Virus record (IMG/VR): IMGVR_UViG_3300025120_014919
Span: 1 to 64,000 of that record
DNA from: a virus
DNA length: 64,000 nt
Reading direction: 5' to 3' (one strand)
The notes under the pieces were generated by a model that did not search any database, was not told where the DNA came from, and saw only the letters and a list, made by a program, of their open reading frames with translations. Shown piece by piece: positions 8,865 through 18,004 of the stretch (position 1 is its first letter; each line of letters begins with the position of its first letter). Both the position numbers and the translations under genes were made by a program.

Positions 8865-9302
8865 TTAATCTAAATTACCTTCAGCACTTACATCGATTAA
8901 ACCACCTAGTTCTTCAATAAATTCTTTACCAACTAGTATTTTATACTCGTTACCGTCTCTAGACCCGATAGAGAATTTTGTATTAGGGTACATTTTATCA
9001 CCTATTTCGATATCAAACTCGACCACAGGTCTATTATCAATAGTTGGTGTATCATCTGGACCAGAACCAACATTAATATCAATAAATTCTAATACTTCCT
9101 TTTCTAAGTTTTTATTATTAACTGTATCAAAAGTTACGCGTGATTTATCTTCATTAAAAACTAAATTAATACCGTGTAATACATTATAAGCCCCATTACC
9201 ACTATCGATTTTAGCTTCAACTGGGCCTAAATCTTGAAAAGTTATAGTTTCAATTAAACCTAACGGTTTATTAGATTCGTAGAATTTTTTAAATTTAATC
9301 AC
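8865..9302 (-). CDS. Retropepsin-like putative protease (RimK-associated ATP-dependent Zn protease family)
   Basis: AKIDSGNG, RPVV, F...R, ILVG motifs; GTG start 5 nt after TAAATA. Confidence 0.75.
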   Translation of the reverse strand: MIKFKKFYESNKPLGLIETITFQDLGPVEAKIDSGNGAYNVLHGINLVFNEDKSRVTFDTVNNKNLEKEVLEFIDINVGSGPDDTPTIDNRPVVEFDIEIGDKMYPNTKFSIGSRDGNEYKILVGKEFIEELGGLIDVSAEGNLD

Positions 9303-9310
9303 ATTATTAT

Positions 9311-9499
9311 TTATGCTTTATTACTATTCTTTACGTCTTGTATTTCTTTTCTTATAGTTTTTGTAAGTTTAGCAATTTCCAGAAGAGCTTTTCTTGCTCT
9401 TGTACCAGCTGCTGCTACACCTTTTTCATTAAACTTTTCAATTTCTTCTTGAAAAGAGTTATATTGTTCAACTAATATTTTTAAGTTTTCATCATTCAT
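9311..9499 (-). CDS. Histone H1-like Hc1-domain small protein
   Basis: KF.EKG..AAGTRARKALLEI.KL.K..RKEIQ. Confidence 0.8.
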   Translation of the reverse strand: MNDENLKILVEQYNSFQEEIEKFNEKGVAAAGTRARKALLEIAKLTKTIRKEIQDVKNSNKA

Positions 9500-9509
9500 A
9501 ATAATTTAT

Positions 9510-10157
9510 TTATACCAATACCTTATTTTTATCAAACCATGAATTAATATATTCATGTATACCGTAAATAAAATCTTCATTTTTATAATCAACTATATTT
9601 TTATAAAATTCAAAATATTTACTACTCAATAAAGTACAGTCATAACTTTTTATATTGTAATAATTATATAAAAAATGCTGACCATTAAGATTCAATACAT
9701 TAATTATATCGTTTTGATTTTTATCATAAAATAATTTTTGTAAATGCTTTAATTGTTTACATAATTTTTTAAAAAATATAGAATTATTATTATACATAAT
9801 ACTATTACATATATAACGATCTACTTTTCTACTGAATAAAACAGCATTTTTATTAAAAAATAATTCTTCAACATTTTTATAAAAAAAGATATCTATATCT
9901 GTATAAAAACCACCTTCGTAATCTAATATAAAAAATCTTGCAGCATCAATTTTTTCTATATTATAATTAAAACTATCAAATGTATCTAGAAAATAGTTAT
10001 ATTCTGTTTTTATTAAAGTTCTGCATCTATCTAAATCCCATAAATTATATTGCCAACTGGGATGATTGTCTAATAGAGATAATTGATGTTGTTTAAAATC
10101 TTCTGGATATTCACCTTTATCCCAAATTTGGTGAATTTTTTTAACTATTTTTGACAT
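9510..10157 (-). CDS. GT32/OCH1-like DxD glycosyltransferase
   Basis: KKIHQIW, HPSWQYNLWD, D.ARFFIL..EGGFYTDID. Confidence 0.85.
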   Translation of the reverse strand: MSKIVKKIHQIWDKGEYPEDFKQHQLSLLDNHPSWQYNLWDLDRCRTLIKTEYNYFLDTFDSFNYNIEKIDAARFFILDYEGGFYTDIDIFFYKNVEELFFNKNAVLFSRKVDRYICNSIMYNNNSIFFKKLCKQLKHLQKLFYDKNQNDIINVLNLNGQHFLYNYYNIKSYDCTLLSSKYFEFYKNIVDYKNEDFIYGIHEYINSWFDKNKVLV

Positions 10158-10897
10158 TTTTCTTTAAATGTTTCTTTAAATTTTTTAGCTCCATCTCCAG
10201 ACCACATAATAGAATCAATACTATGTGTTTTATCTTTATACTTACTATCTAATAATTTAAGAGTTAATTTATTTTCATCATAATATGTATGTAAAGCATA
10301 ATGATCTGCATTCCAACTAACATAATTACCTTCGGTAAAAATATAATTATTAATCTTTTGAATTAAATCCTTTACATTTTGATTATTTTTAAATAAAAGA
10401 AACCCTTCATTGCAAAATTTATCATTATCTTTTGGAGCTATTACTGAATATACATCCGACTGTAAATCATAAAAAATATCATCAAAGTTTTTTAAAGCTA
10501 TTGTATCGACGTCCAAAGAAAGAACGTTATAACCTTTCAATAATAATTCGTTTATAGATAAAAATCTTGAATGACATGTATAAAAACTGCGCGGGCTATA
10601 TAAAACTTTTTTTAAACCGAGTATATTTTTTATACCATATAAATGCTTTATTTCATATTTTTCTTTAGTTTTAAATAAAGTTCTTTTTTTACTTAATCCC
10701 GGATTATCAATTATTAGATTTATATTAGCGTATTTATTTTTAACTTCTTTTATTTGATCTTCGGTAAAATCTACCAATCTAACAAAAATTTTTAATTCTG
10801 TATTAACTGATTGTAATGAATCTAAAAAAGGATATAAAAATTTTAAATAATTATAATCAGTCGAGCAGGTTAATGCATTATTCGAAGTAGTTTTCAT
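10145..10897 (-). CDS. GT-A fold nucleotide-diphospho-sugar transferase
   Basis: RF, VLSLDVD, N.GF, W.AD motifs; operon context. Confidence 0.65.
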   Translation of the reverse strand: MKTTSNNALTCSTDYNYLKFLYPFLDSLQSVNTELKIFVRLVDFTEDQIKEVKNKYANINLIIDNPGLSKKRTLFKTKEKYEIKHLYGIKNILGLKKVLYSPRSFYTCHSRFLSINELLLKGYNVLSLDVDTIALKNFDDIFYDLQSDVYSVIAPKDNDKFCNEGFLLFKNNQNVKDLIQKINNYIFTEGNYVSWNADHYALHTYYDENKLTLKLLDSKYKDKTHSIDSIMWSGDGAKKFKETFKEKCQK

Positions 10898-11978
10898 ATT
10901 TACTTTTTCTCCTTACATCTAATGTAGTACAATGATGAGCACCTCCAAAAATTTCACAGTGTCTAAAAGGTGTACCTATAGCTTCTATTTTATATTTTTT
11001 TAAAACTTCGTTTAGTTTCTTTTCGTATTGCGGATGACATATTATTAATTCCTTTGATATACTAAATAGATTAAGTTCTATTCGAGGGGAAGCTAACTTT
11101 AAACCTTGTTTATTAAACTCATTTTCACTTCGCTCTCTCATTGGTATATGTATAAGATCCCATGACTGTAGTTCTTTTGGTAATCTTTCTTTAATAAAAT
11201 CTTTAGTAATAATTGCAAGACCTGGTCTCAATGGTAAAAAAGATGCATCTATATGGGAATCTGCTAGAGGAGCTGTTAAAACTTTATATTTTTCACCTAA
11301 CATATTTTGCAACCACACTGCACCAAGTCTTTGATTTTCATTTATTACATTCATCAATATATGACTACCTAATCTCATGCAATTTGCAGCATCAAATATA
11401 ATTTCATGACCGCAATCATAATAATTTTCATCTTGTTTTGAATCTACATAATATTGTCTACCATTATTTTCATCAATCCAAGATAAATCAAAACTATTAT
11501 CAGTCATTAAAGGTTTCGGTGCATGTACCCACGAACAACCATTCTTAAAATAATCTAAAAATAAATGATGTAATAAATTATTTTCAAAATAACGATATCG
11601 ACACGATGGTGGAGATTCAATAATCATATCACCTACAACCATTGCCATATCTCGTACATTTAATGCTGGGTGTATGGTACTTTCAAAAACCGGGGTAATA
11701 ACTTTTTGAATAGTTTCTGGTTTTTTAGGTCTTTTAACTTTAACTCCGAATGATTGTAATAGGGTTGCAAACTTTTCTATATCTTCCGAATGTTCTTCAC
11801 AGTGTCTTTTACTTATACTTTCTTTACCGAATTCATATGCTTTTGTATCGAAAAGATTTTCATGAAAAAAGAGTTTAAAGGTATAATCCAATAAAGGTAA
11901 GTTAGTTGGAAATCCATCACCAACAATTACTTCTTCAAGTTGATCCCATTCATTATGACTATTTACTATATTTTTCAT
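10878..11978 (-). CDS. L-arginine amidinotransferase (glycine/inosamine-phosphate type, StrB1/AGAT family)
   Basis: VNSHNEWDQLEEVIVG, RD, FDAA (Asp), HID (His), GGAHHCTTLDVRR (Cys): complete catalytic triad. Confidence 0.9.
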   Translation of the reverse strand: MKNIVNSHNEWDQLEEVIVGDGFPTNLPLLDYTFKLFFHENLFDTKAYEFGKESISKRHCEEHSEDIEKFATLLQSFGVKVKRPKKPETIQKVITPVFESTIHPALNVRDMAMVVGDMIIESPPSCRYRYFENNLLHHLFLDYFKNGCSWVHAPKPLMTDNSFDLSWIDENNGRQYYVDSKQDENYYDCGHEIIFDAANCMRLGSHILMNVINENQRLGAVWLQNMLGEKYKVLTAPLADSHIDASFLPLRPGLAIITKDFIKERLPKELQSWDLIHIPMRERSENEFNKQGLKLASPRIELNLFSISKELIICHPQYEKKLNEVLKKYKIEAIGTPFRHCEIFGGAHHCTTLDVRRKSKYENYFE

Positions 11979-12762
11979 CGAATATTTTCATTTCATTTAA
12001 TTGTTTCTCTAATGAATTAATATTTAAATTAAATTTTGTCGAAAGAGATCTATCTAAAATTTTATTAATTTTTTGATTTTCTATACTACTTGCTAGAGTT
12101 TTTTCAATGTTTATATTTAAAGAGTATATGTTATTAATCAATTTGCATAATTCATATTTTGATATTTTAGATGGGCTATGTAAATGTTTAACACCTTGCC
12201 ATAAAGTATCATTTACAATATTTTCTTTAATAAATTTAGCTAATTCTAACGCAGTTACCCCATTCCAAATACAATTATCATAACCATTAATAGATTTATT
12301 TTTATTTTCTAATAACCATTTAAATAAACCACTATATCTACCTATAAATGATGTTCTAATTATTGTACCGGCTTTAACTAATTTTTTTGATAAAGCATAT
12401 ATATCTTTTGCGTCAGTAGGATCATCTTCATTATAATTACCTTTATCTCCTGCAAATACACAATCAGAACAGATATGTATAAAGTGAGAATTATTTGAAT
12501 TACATATTTGATTTAATGAATTAGGAAAAGTAGAATTTATTAAAAATGTATTTTCAACCCCTACTTGTTTAATATTAGGTTTTAAAATACCTACACAATT
12601 AATAACAATATCTCCCGGGTTTAAAATAGATGTTAAAAACTTAAAATCTGTTGAAGCAGCATTAAAGTCTTTTCTTGTGAAAACTATACATTCAAAACTT
12701 TCTGATAAAAAGTTATTGATATATTTTCCAGCATTACCGTTACCTAAAATAATAATTTTCAT
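11959..12762 (-). CDS. rmlD: dTDP-4-dehydrorhamnose reductase-like SDR
   Basis: ILGNGNAG, INCVG, HICSDCVFAG, YALSK, WNGVT. Confidence 0.8.
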   Translation of the reverse strand: MKIIILGNGNAGKYINNFLSESFECIVFTRKDFNAASTDFKFLTSILNPGDIVINCVGILKPNIKQVGVENTFLINSTFPNSLNQICNSNNSHFIHICSDCVFAGDKGNYNEDDPTDAKDIYALSKKLVKAGTIIRTSFIGRYSGLFKWLLENKNKSINGYDNCIWNGVTALELAKFIKENIVNDTLWQGVKHLHSPSKISKYELCKLINNIYSLNINIEKTLASSIENQKINKILDRSLSTKFNLNINSLEKQLNEMKIFDEKYSK

Positions 12763-13382
12763 TTAAAACAATCAAGTTTTGATAAGTCTACTTTATATTC
12801 ATCACTGGATGAACTATCTTTATTAAAATTATTAACATTATAATAATTCTGTATACCAATAACTGCTTGTTCTGGTGACATATACATATGATAACCTATT
12901 TCTTCAACAGGGGTTGTAATCATATCATTATAAAATACAGAAGGTCTACCATCATATCTCATTTTTCTAAACCATTTATAAGCTTCTTTATCATTAGTAA
13001 GTATCATACCACCTTTACCAGTGGATAATATTTTTTTAAAATTGAAAGATAAACAATAAAACGTACCATTAACATACATATTTTTAGTAAAACGTTGAGC
13101 TGAATCGATAACCGGTAAGGGGTCTAACCTATAACAACCTGACCATTTTTTATCTATAAATTTAATATTATAACCAGCATGGATTATTTGCATTGGAACT
13201 GAAACATAGGTTCTTTTAGGTACATTTATAGTATTATCTTTATAATCTTTTTTATTATAACAATATTTTAATGATAGAAAAAGAGCATTAGTACAACTGT
13301 CAACTGCTATCGCATATTTACTACCCGCATACTCAGCTATAATTTCTTCAAATTTATCTACATTATCCCAAACAGTACTCAT
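12759..13382 (-). CDS. Short DegT/DnrJ/EryC1/StrS-family PLP aminotransferase (207 aa)
   Basis: FEE.IAEYAGSKYAIAVDSCTNAL, IDSAQ, SFNFKKILSTGKGGMILTND. Confidence 0.8.
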   Translation of the reverse strand: MSTVWDNVDKFEEIIAEYAGSKYAIAVDSCTNALFLSLKYCYNKKDYKDNTINVPKRTYVSVPMQIIHAGYNIKFIDKKWSGCYRLDPLPVIDSAQRFTKNMYVNGTFYCLSFNFKKILSTGKGGMILTNDKEAYKWFRKMRYDGRPSVFYNDMITTPVEEIGYHMYMSPEQAVIGIQNYYNVNNFNKDSSSSDEYKVDLSKLDCFK

Positions 13383-13999
13383 GATTTCTGATATATTAAA
13401 TTAAAACCTTCAGCATACAATCCATTACATTCCATACCTCGAAACATTGCATACGTTTTTATACCATCATATGATCTAGGATTTGGAAACTTTCTAACTT
13501 CATTTTTATATTCACAAAAACGTTCTATTTTAGAATTTAAATTAGTTAATGTTAATTCTTCATAATAATTACATTTAAAATTATTATTGAATGATTGTGT
13601 AGTTGATGATGGTACTTCATACATTAAGATCTTATCCGGGGAATGTTCTTGATATCTCCTTAAAACAACTTCACAAATTTCATGAACCGTTTTATGGTCT
13701 ATATTAAAATCATCTTTATTAGGTATAAAAACTATATTTGGTTTTAAATTATTGTATATATTTTCAATATTTTTTAATAATTTATTTTTTACAATATTAT
13801 ATGATTCATCTTGAAACGGTAAAATATGTACAGATGTAAAACAATTAGTAGCTTTCGCTATATGATTATCATCATCATTTTTTCTTACACCGCATATTAT
13901 TACATGAACTTCATTTCCAGCTTCAATATATTTATGAGCTGTACCACCGACTCCGAGTAGTTCATCATCTGCATGCGGGGCTATAATAAGAGTACTCAT
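13379..13999 (-). CDS. PIG-L/LmbE-family N-acetyl-sugar deacetylase
   Basis: APHADDELLGVGGT, DH, YEVPSS, RG....YAEGF; promoter TTGATT-N16-TATAAT-N6-ATG. Confidence 0.88.
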   Translation of the reverse strand: MSTLIIAPHADDELLGVGGTAHKYIEAGNEVHVIICGVRKNDDDNHIAKATNCFTSVHILPFQDESYNIVKNKLLKNIENIYNNLKPNIVFIPNKDDFNIDHKTVHEICEVVLRRYQEHSPDKILMYEVPSSTTQSFNNNFKCNYYEELTLTNLNSKIERFCEYKNEVRKFPNPRSYDGIKTYAMFRGMECNGLYAEGFNLIYQKS

Positions 14000-14029
14000 A
14001 ACTATATTATAAATACTTTACTGTAAAAA

Positions 14030-14950
14030 TCAATAATTTTTATTCAATATATATTCATAAAGTATTTTACTACCTTTAAGGAAATTAACTTTAGGTTCCC
14101 AGTTTATAAGTTTTTTAGCTTTAGTATTATCTACCACTTTACCTTTGTAATCACCTAATCTTTCTTCAGTATAAATAATTTTTACATCATTATTATGTAA
14201 TTCTTGAATTCTTTCAGCTACATTTTTTATAGATATTGTTTGAGCTCCTTCTAAGTTAATTATTTCGTTTTTTGCTTTTTCTTGTAAAGCTAATCTATTA
14301 CCTTTAGCATGGTCAGATACAAAAAGAAAATTTCTGTAAATTTTACCATCACCAGTTACAATTAACGGTTCATTATTAATAGCATTAGTAATAAATTTTG
14401 ACATTACTGTATCAGGATGACAGTTAGGCCCGTAAGCTATACCATACCTTAATATAGTAAAATTAATACCTTTTACTTTCTGATAATTTCGAATAATAGC
14501 TTCACATGTTAGTTTACACGTTGTATAAATATGCTCACTATTTGTTATAGATAAATTTGACTCTTCATTTACTTCAGTATTTTCACATACACTATATACC
14601 CAAACTGTAGACGAAAATATTATTCTATTAATATTCAATTCATACATCGCATCTAATGTATTTGTTAACGTTATTATATTTGTACTAACTGCATATTTTA
14701 TATCATTATGATTTTCTTTACTATCAGATACTGCAGCAAACATATAAACTGCATCATATTTTTTTAATGATAAACAATGTAATAATTTTTTATAATCTAA
14801 AGCATTAACTTGTTTATATTCAACCCGTTCATCTATTAAAGTACGTTTATCTTTATCTAGAATAGTAACATTATACCCATTATTAGCTAATTCTATAGCA
14901 GTATTGGTACCTATAAAACCATTACCACCTATAATAGCTATATTTTTCAT
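14030..14950 (-). CDS. NAD-dependent sugar epimerase/dehydratase
   Basis: GGNGFIG, SSTVWVY, YTTCK, LRYGIAYGP; promoter TTGATT-N16-TAAAAT-N6-ATG. Confidence 0.88.
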   Translation of the reverse strand: MKNIAIIGGNGFIGTNTAIELANNGYNVTILDKDKRTLIDERVEYKQVNALDYKKLLHCLSLKKYDAVYMFAAVSDSKENHNDIKYAVSTNIITLTNTLDAMYELNINRIIFSSTVWVYSVCENTEVNEESNLSITNSEHIYTTCKLTCEAIIRNYQKVKGINFTILRYGIAYGPNCHPDTVMSKFITNAINNEPLIVTGDGKIYRNFLFVSDHAKGNRLALQEKAKNEIINLEGAQTISIKNVAERIQELHNNDVKIIYTEERLGDYKGKVVDNTKAKKLINWEPKVNFLKGSKILYEYILNKNY

Positions 14951-14980
14951 ATGATAATTTTAGATTATTTTTTTAATTAA

Positions 14981-15514
14981 TCAACCTACTCTGTACCAAG
15001 GAGTTTCTAATTTATCGATATGGGTTTTAAAAATTTTATATTTTTCACATACTAAGGTAGTTCTAACTTTTTTACATTTTTTAACTTCATTAACACTATG
15101 AACTTTATTCGGAGGTATAGTAACTGAACTATTAGTAACTGGTTTAATAGAAGTTTCATCAATAACTATCTCACCACCTATCATTTCCGGATCAATATCA
15201 ACATAGTAAACTTCAGTCTCGGGTAAAAATATCATAAAACTTTTATCCTTTTCTTTTACAGTATCGAATAAATCAGTATCTACATGAGGTTTTATTCTTC
15301 CAGTTTCACCTGCAAAAAAACCTATAAAATTATATACGTTATAATTACCAGTAATAAAATGTTTTAAAAAATCAGGAACTTCATCTTTTTTAAATGTAAC
15401 TGAAAAACTTCTAAGAGTAGATTTATTATCAAGGTATTCACTATTATGTATCCAATTATAGATTTCATTACGATAATCTTCACTTAATAAATTCGTTTTA
15501 AGTTCTAAACTCAT
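14981..15514 (-). CDS. 2OG-Fe(II) oxygenase
   Basis: PHVD (HxD), GGE, HSV, R.TLV. Confidence 0.7.
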   Translation of the reverse strand: MSLELKTNLLSEDYRNEIYNWIHNSEYLDNKSTLRSFSVTFKKDEVPDFLKHFITGNYNVYNFIGFFAGETGRIKPHVDTDLFDTVKEKDKSFMIFLPETEVYYVDIDPEMIGGEIVIDETSIKPVTNSSVTIPPNKVHSVNEVKKCKKVRTTLVCEKYKIFKTHIDKLETPWYRVG

Positions 15515-16383
15515 AAATCATTTAAATTATCTTTACAAATACTGTATATAGTTTCCCCTCCATCATCTTCTAAAAAGTCTGGAGATGGTTGTAATATAGT
15601 CGGGTATTGATCAAAAATAATACTCGGTTCATTTGATTCGTCTATCATTTTAAAACTATCTACAACCGAAGTATTAATTAAGTCTTTAATAGTTTGAATT
15701 TCTAACATTTCTTCTTCATTATCTAAAAAGTTTTTGGATTCTTCATCTATTTCATTTAAAGATTTTGCTTGTCTACCTTTAATAATTTCTTTAAAAATTT
15801 CTTTAAATTTATTTAAATTATCTATTTTATCGTTTTTATATTCTTCAATAGATATATTAAAAATACAACTGAATAAACATTCATCATATTCTATAGTAGA
15901 TGATTTAAATAAAGTAAAATATGTATTAAATAAATCTTTGTTATAATCTTTATTATATTTCGATATATCTTCTATCAATGATATTTTTTTAACTTTATCA
16001 TTTTCTACTTTTTCTTCAACTAATTTAATTATTTTTTCGTTATATTTTTCAACTATATCATTATTGGAATCAAGTAATTCTTCTGGACTTTCAAAATTAA
16101 ATTCATCCAAATAGCGAAACTCTCCTTCTAATAATGGGTATTGTGAATTAAAATAAATTTTTACCCACTCGTTTTTATATAAATCATATAAAACATATGT
16201 TTCCATATCTAATAAATCATCTTCTATTCTTTCTTTTGTACTATCTATATATTTTTCATTCTTAGTTACAAAGGAAAGGTGTTTTAAACCGTCTTCAGCT
16301 TGATATTTTAAACAAAATATAGTTTTTTCGGCTAATAGCATATAGTAAGAATATACACTATCAAAAAGTATTTCTTCTTTCAT
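15511..16383 (-). CDS. Acidic hypothetical protein (possible fibre assembly chaperone)
   Basis: 290-aa ORF following a late structural-like gene. Confidence 0.55.
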   Translation of the reverse strand: MKEEILFDSVYSYYMLLAEKTIFCLKYQAEDGLKHLSFVTKNEKYIDSTKERIEDDLLDMETYVLYDLYKNEWVKIYFNSQYPLLEGEFRYLDEFNFESPEELLDSNNDIVEKYNEKIIKLVEEKVENDKVKKISLIEDISKYNKDYNKDLFNTYFTLFKSSTIEYDECLFSCIFNISIEEYKNDKIDNLNKFKEIFKEIIKGRQAKSLNEIDEESKNFLDNEEEMLEIQTIKDLINTSVVDSFKMIDESNEPSIIFDQYPTILQPSPDFLEDDGGETIYSICKDNLNDL

Positions 16384-16386
16384 TTA

Positions 16387-16968
16387 TTATGCGTCGTCGC
16401 TTGTCTTTTGGAGGCAGTTATATTTTTTAGTACCACCTCCATATGTAACGTTTACTAATTTATTAATTAATGATCCAGTTAAACCATCTTTAAAACGTAT
16501 TCTATAGTTTCCGTCATTTTTACTTCCATAACTATGATTACTAGCAGCTGCAATTGCAGCTGCATCAGAAGCTACAGCAGCACAAGTGGTAAAAGAAGAT
16601 GTATTATTAATGCTATAGGCAAAACTTTTCTTACCATCGCTACCAGTAACTACTGTATCAGGGTCCATAGAAATTTTAATTGCACCATTATTAGCGTCAC
16701 TATAATAATTAGGTGATTCTTGATTAGTTATAATTGTACCAGTTGTAATTGATGAGCAATACATATCACCAAATTTTATATTAGTAAGACCAGTAGCTCC
16801 TAGAGGCGCGCATAGTTTATTTTTAAATAAATCTCTAGATTTACAAACTGATATAGGTCTGTTACCGCAACTAGAATTAACTGGGTTCACCCTATTACGG
16901 GTAAATATAGTTCGCATTCTTGTAGCGCATACCCTACCACTTATTGGTATATTTCCTTCATCTGCCAT
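16387..16968 (-). CDS. Late Gly/Ser/Thr/Cys-rich protein, possible virion surface or fibre-tip protein
   Basis: TAAATA-N5-ATG; 7 Cys in 193 aa. Confidence 0.6.
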   Translation of the reverse strand: MADEGNIPISGRVCATRMRTIFTRNRVNPVNSSCGNRPISVCKSRDLFKNKLCAPLGATGLTNIKFGDMYCSSITTGTIITNQESPNYYSDANNGAIKISMDPDTVVTGSDGKKSFAYSINNTSSFTTCAAVASDAAAIAAASNHSYGSKNDGNYRIRFKDGLTGSLINKLVNVTYGGGTKKYNCLQKTSDDA

Positions 16969-16986
16969 AATATTATTTATTAGATA

Positions 16987-17256
16987 TTATTTTTTCTTCC
17001 AATTAACTCTTTTAGAAGATTTCTTATTATACATCTTATTTTTAATTTTCTTACATGCAGCTTTGGTTGGCCTACAAGCCGGATAACTACCGCCAGATTT
17101 TTTTGACTTCCTCCCGCAAGGTCCTCCAGTTTTGCAATTTATCCAACCACTAAATTTTTTACCTGTCTTAGGATCTTTACCTCCGCGTTTAAACCATTGA
17201 TGAAGGCTATCACTAGCTTCATTTAAGTAAAACTCATATAGATCATCAAAATTCAT
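16987..17256 (-). CDS. Small basic Cys/Lys-rich protein of marine T4-like phages
   Basis: SLHQWF..W..C..G.PCGR...YPACRP; N-terminus MNFDDLYEFYLNEA. Confidence 0.7.
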   Translation of the reverse strand: MNFDDLYEFYLNEASDSLHQWFKRGGKDPKTGKKFSGWINCKTGGPCGRKSKKSGGSYPACRPTKAACKKIKNKMYNKKSSKRVNWKKK

Positions 17257-17417
17257 TACTTACCAGCTTTACGCATTTTATTGGCATGTAATTTATCACC
17301 TGATTTTTTTGCAGCTTTATAAGCTTTACTACCTTTTTTTGCAGATTTTTTACCGGACTTTCTCTTTTTATTGATGTTAGCCCATAAACTTTCTAATATT
17401 GTATCGAATTGATTCAT
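17256..17417 (-). CDS. 53-aa highly basic protein (not in ORF track)
   Basis: MNQFDTILESLWANINKKRKSGKKSAKKGSKAYKAAKKSGDKLHANKMRKAGK; fills the gap exactly with ATGA and TAATG overlaps. Confidence 0.8.
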   Translation of the reverse strand: MNQFDTILESLWANINKKRKSGKKSAKKGSKAYKAAKKSGDKLHANKMRKAGK

Positions 17418-17998
17418 TTCTTTTTCCAAATTTTACCTTTTCGGCATCTTACCATCGCTCCTGATTTATAAGCTGAAGTTTTTTTACCATATACACTATC
17501 AGCTTTTCTTTTACATCTATCTTCTGCATCTTCAGCAGGAGTTAAACTATCAATATATGATTGAAGTTTTAATACCTCTATACCACCCATAGTATTAACA
17601 AAATCTTCATTACCACCTCCGACATCACGTTTAGGTAATTTTACTTGCTCACCTTTCGAGTTAAAAAGTTTACCATAATAAAAATTTCTTTCACCTGGGT
17701 CTTCATCTTCTTCGATCTCTAACTGGTAGCCTTTATAGCTAAATCCATAATCGTTAGATTTATCAAAGAATTGATCTTTTTCTATTTCCTCGATCTCTTC
17801 ATTTTCTGGACTTAATGGTGATTTTTTAAGGTGGTCGTGAATAGCGGCTACTTTTTGAGCTTTTTCAAGCCTTTTCTTAAGCATATCGACATATGCAGTA
17901 CCACCATATTCTTTAACCCTTTGAGGGTCCGGATTAGAAATTAAAGCTTTTAAACTTTCAATTTCTGCTTCTTCATATAATACTCTAAATGTTTTCAT
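17414..17998 (-). CDS. Probable internal head protein with basic C-terminal domain
   Basis: MKTFRVLYEEA N-terminus; DRCKRKA..YG...SAYKSGAMVRCRK. Confidence 0.7.
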   Translation of the reverse strand: MKTFRVLYEEAEIESLKALISNPDPQRVKEYGGTAYVDMLKKRLEKAQKVAAIHDHLKKSPLSPENEEIEEIEKDQFFDKSNDYGFSYKGYQLEIEEDEDPGERNFYYGKLFNSKGEQVKLPKRDVGGGNEDFVNTMGGIEVLKLQSYIDSLTPAEDAEDRCKRKADSVYGKKTSAYKSGAMVRCRKGKIWKKK

Positions 17999-18004
17999 AA
18001 TAAA

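Noticed and set aside
10878-11978. Amidinotransferase as archaeosine synthase
   Set aside because: ArcS/Gat-QueC chemistry adds ammonia to a nitrile and uses different folds; this enzyme is AGAT/StrB1-like and embedded in sugar genes
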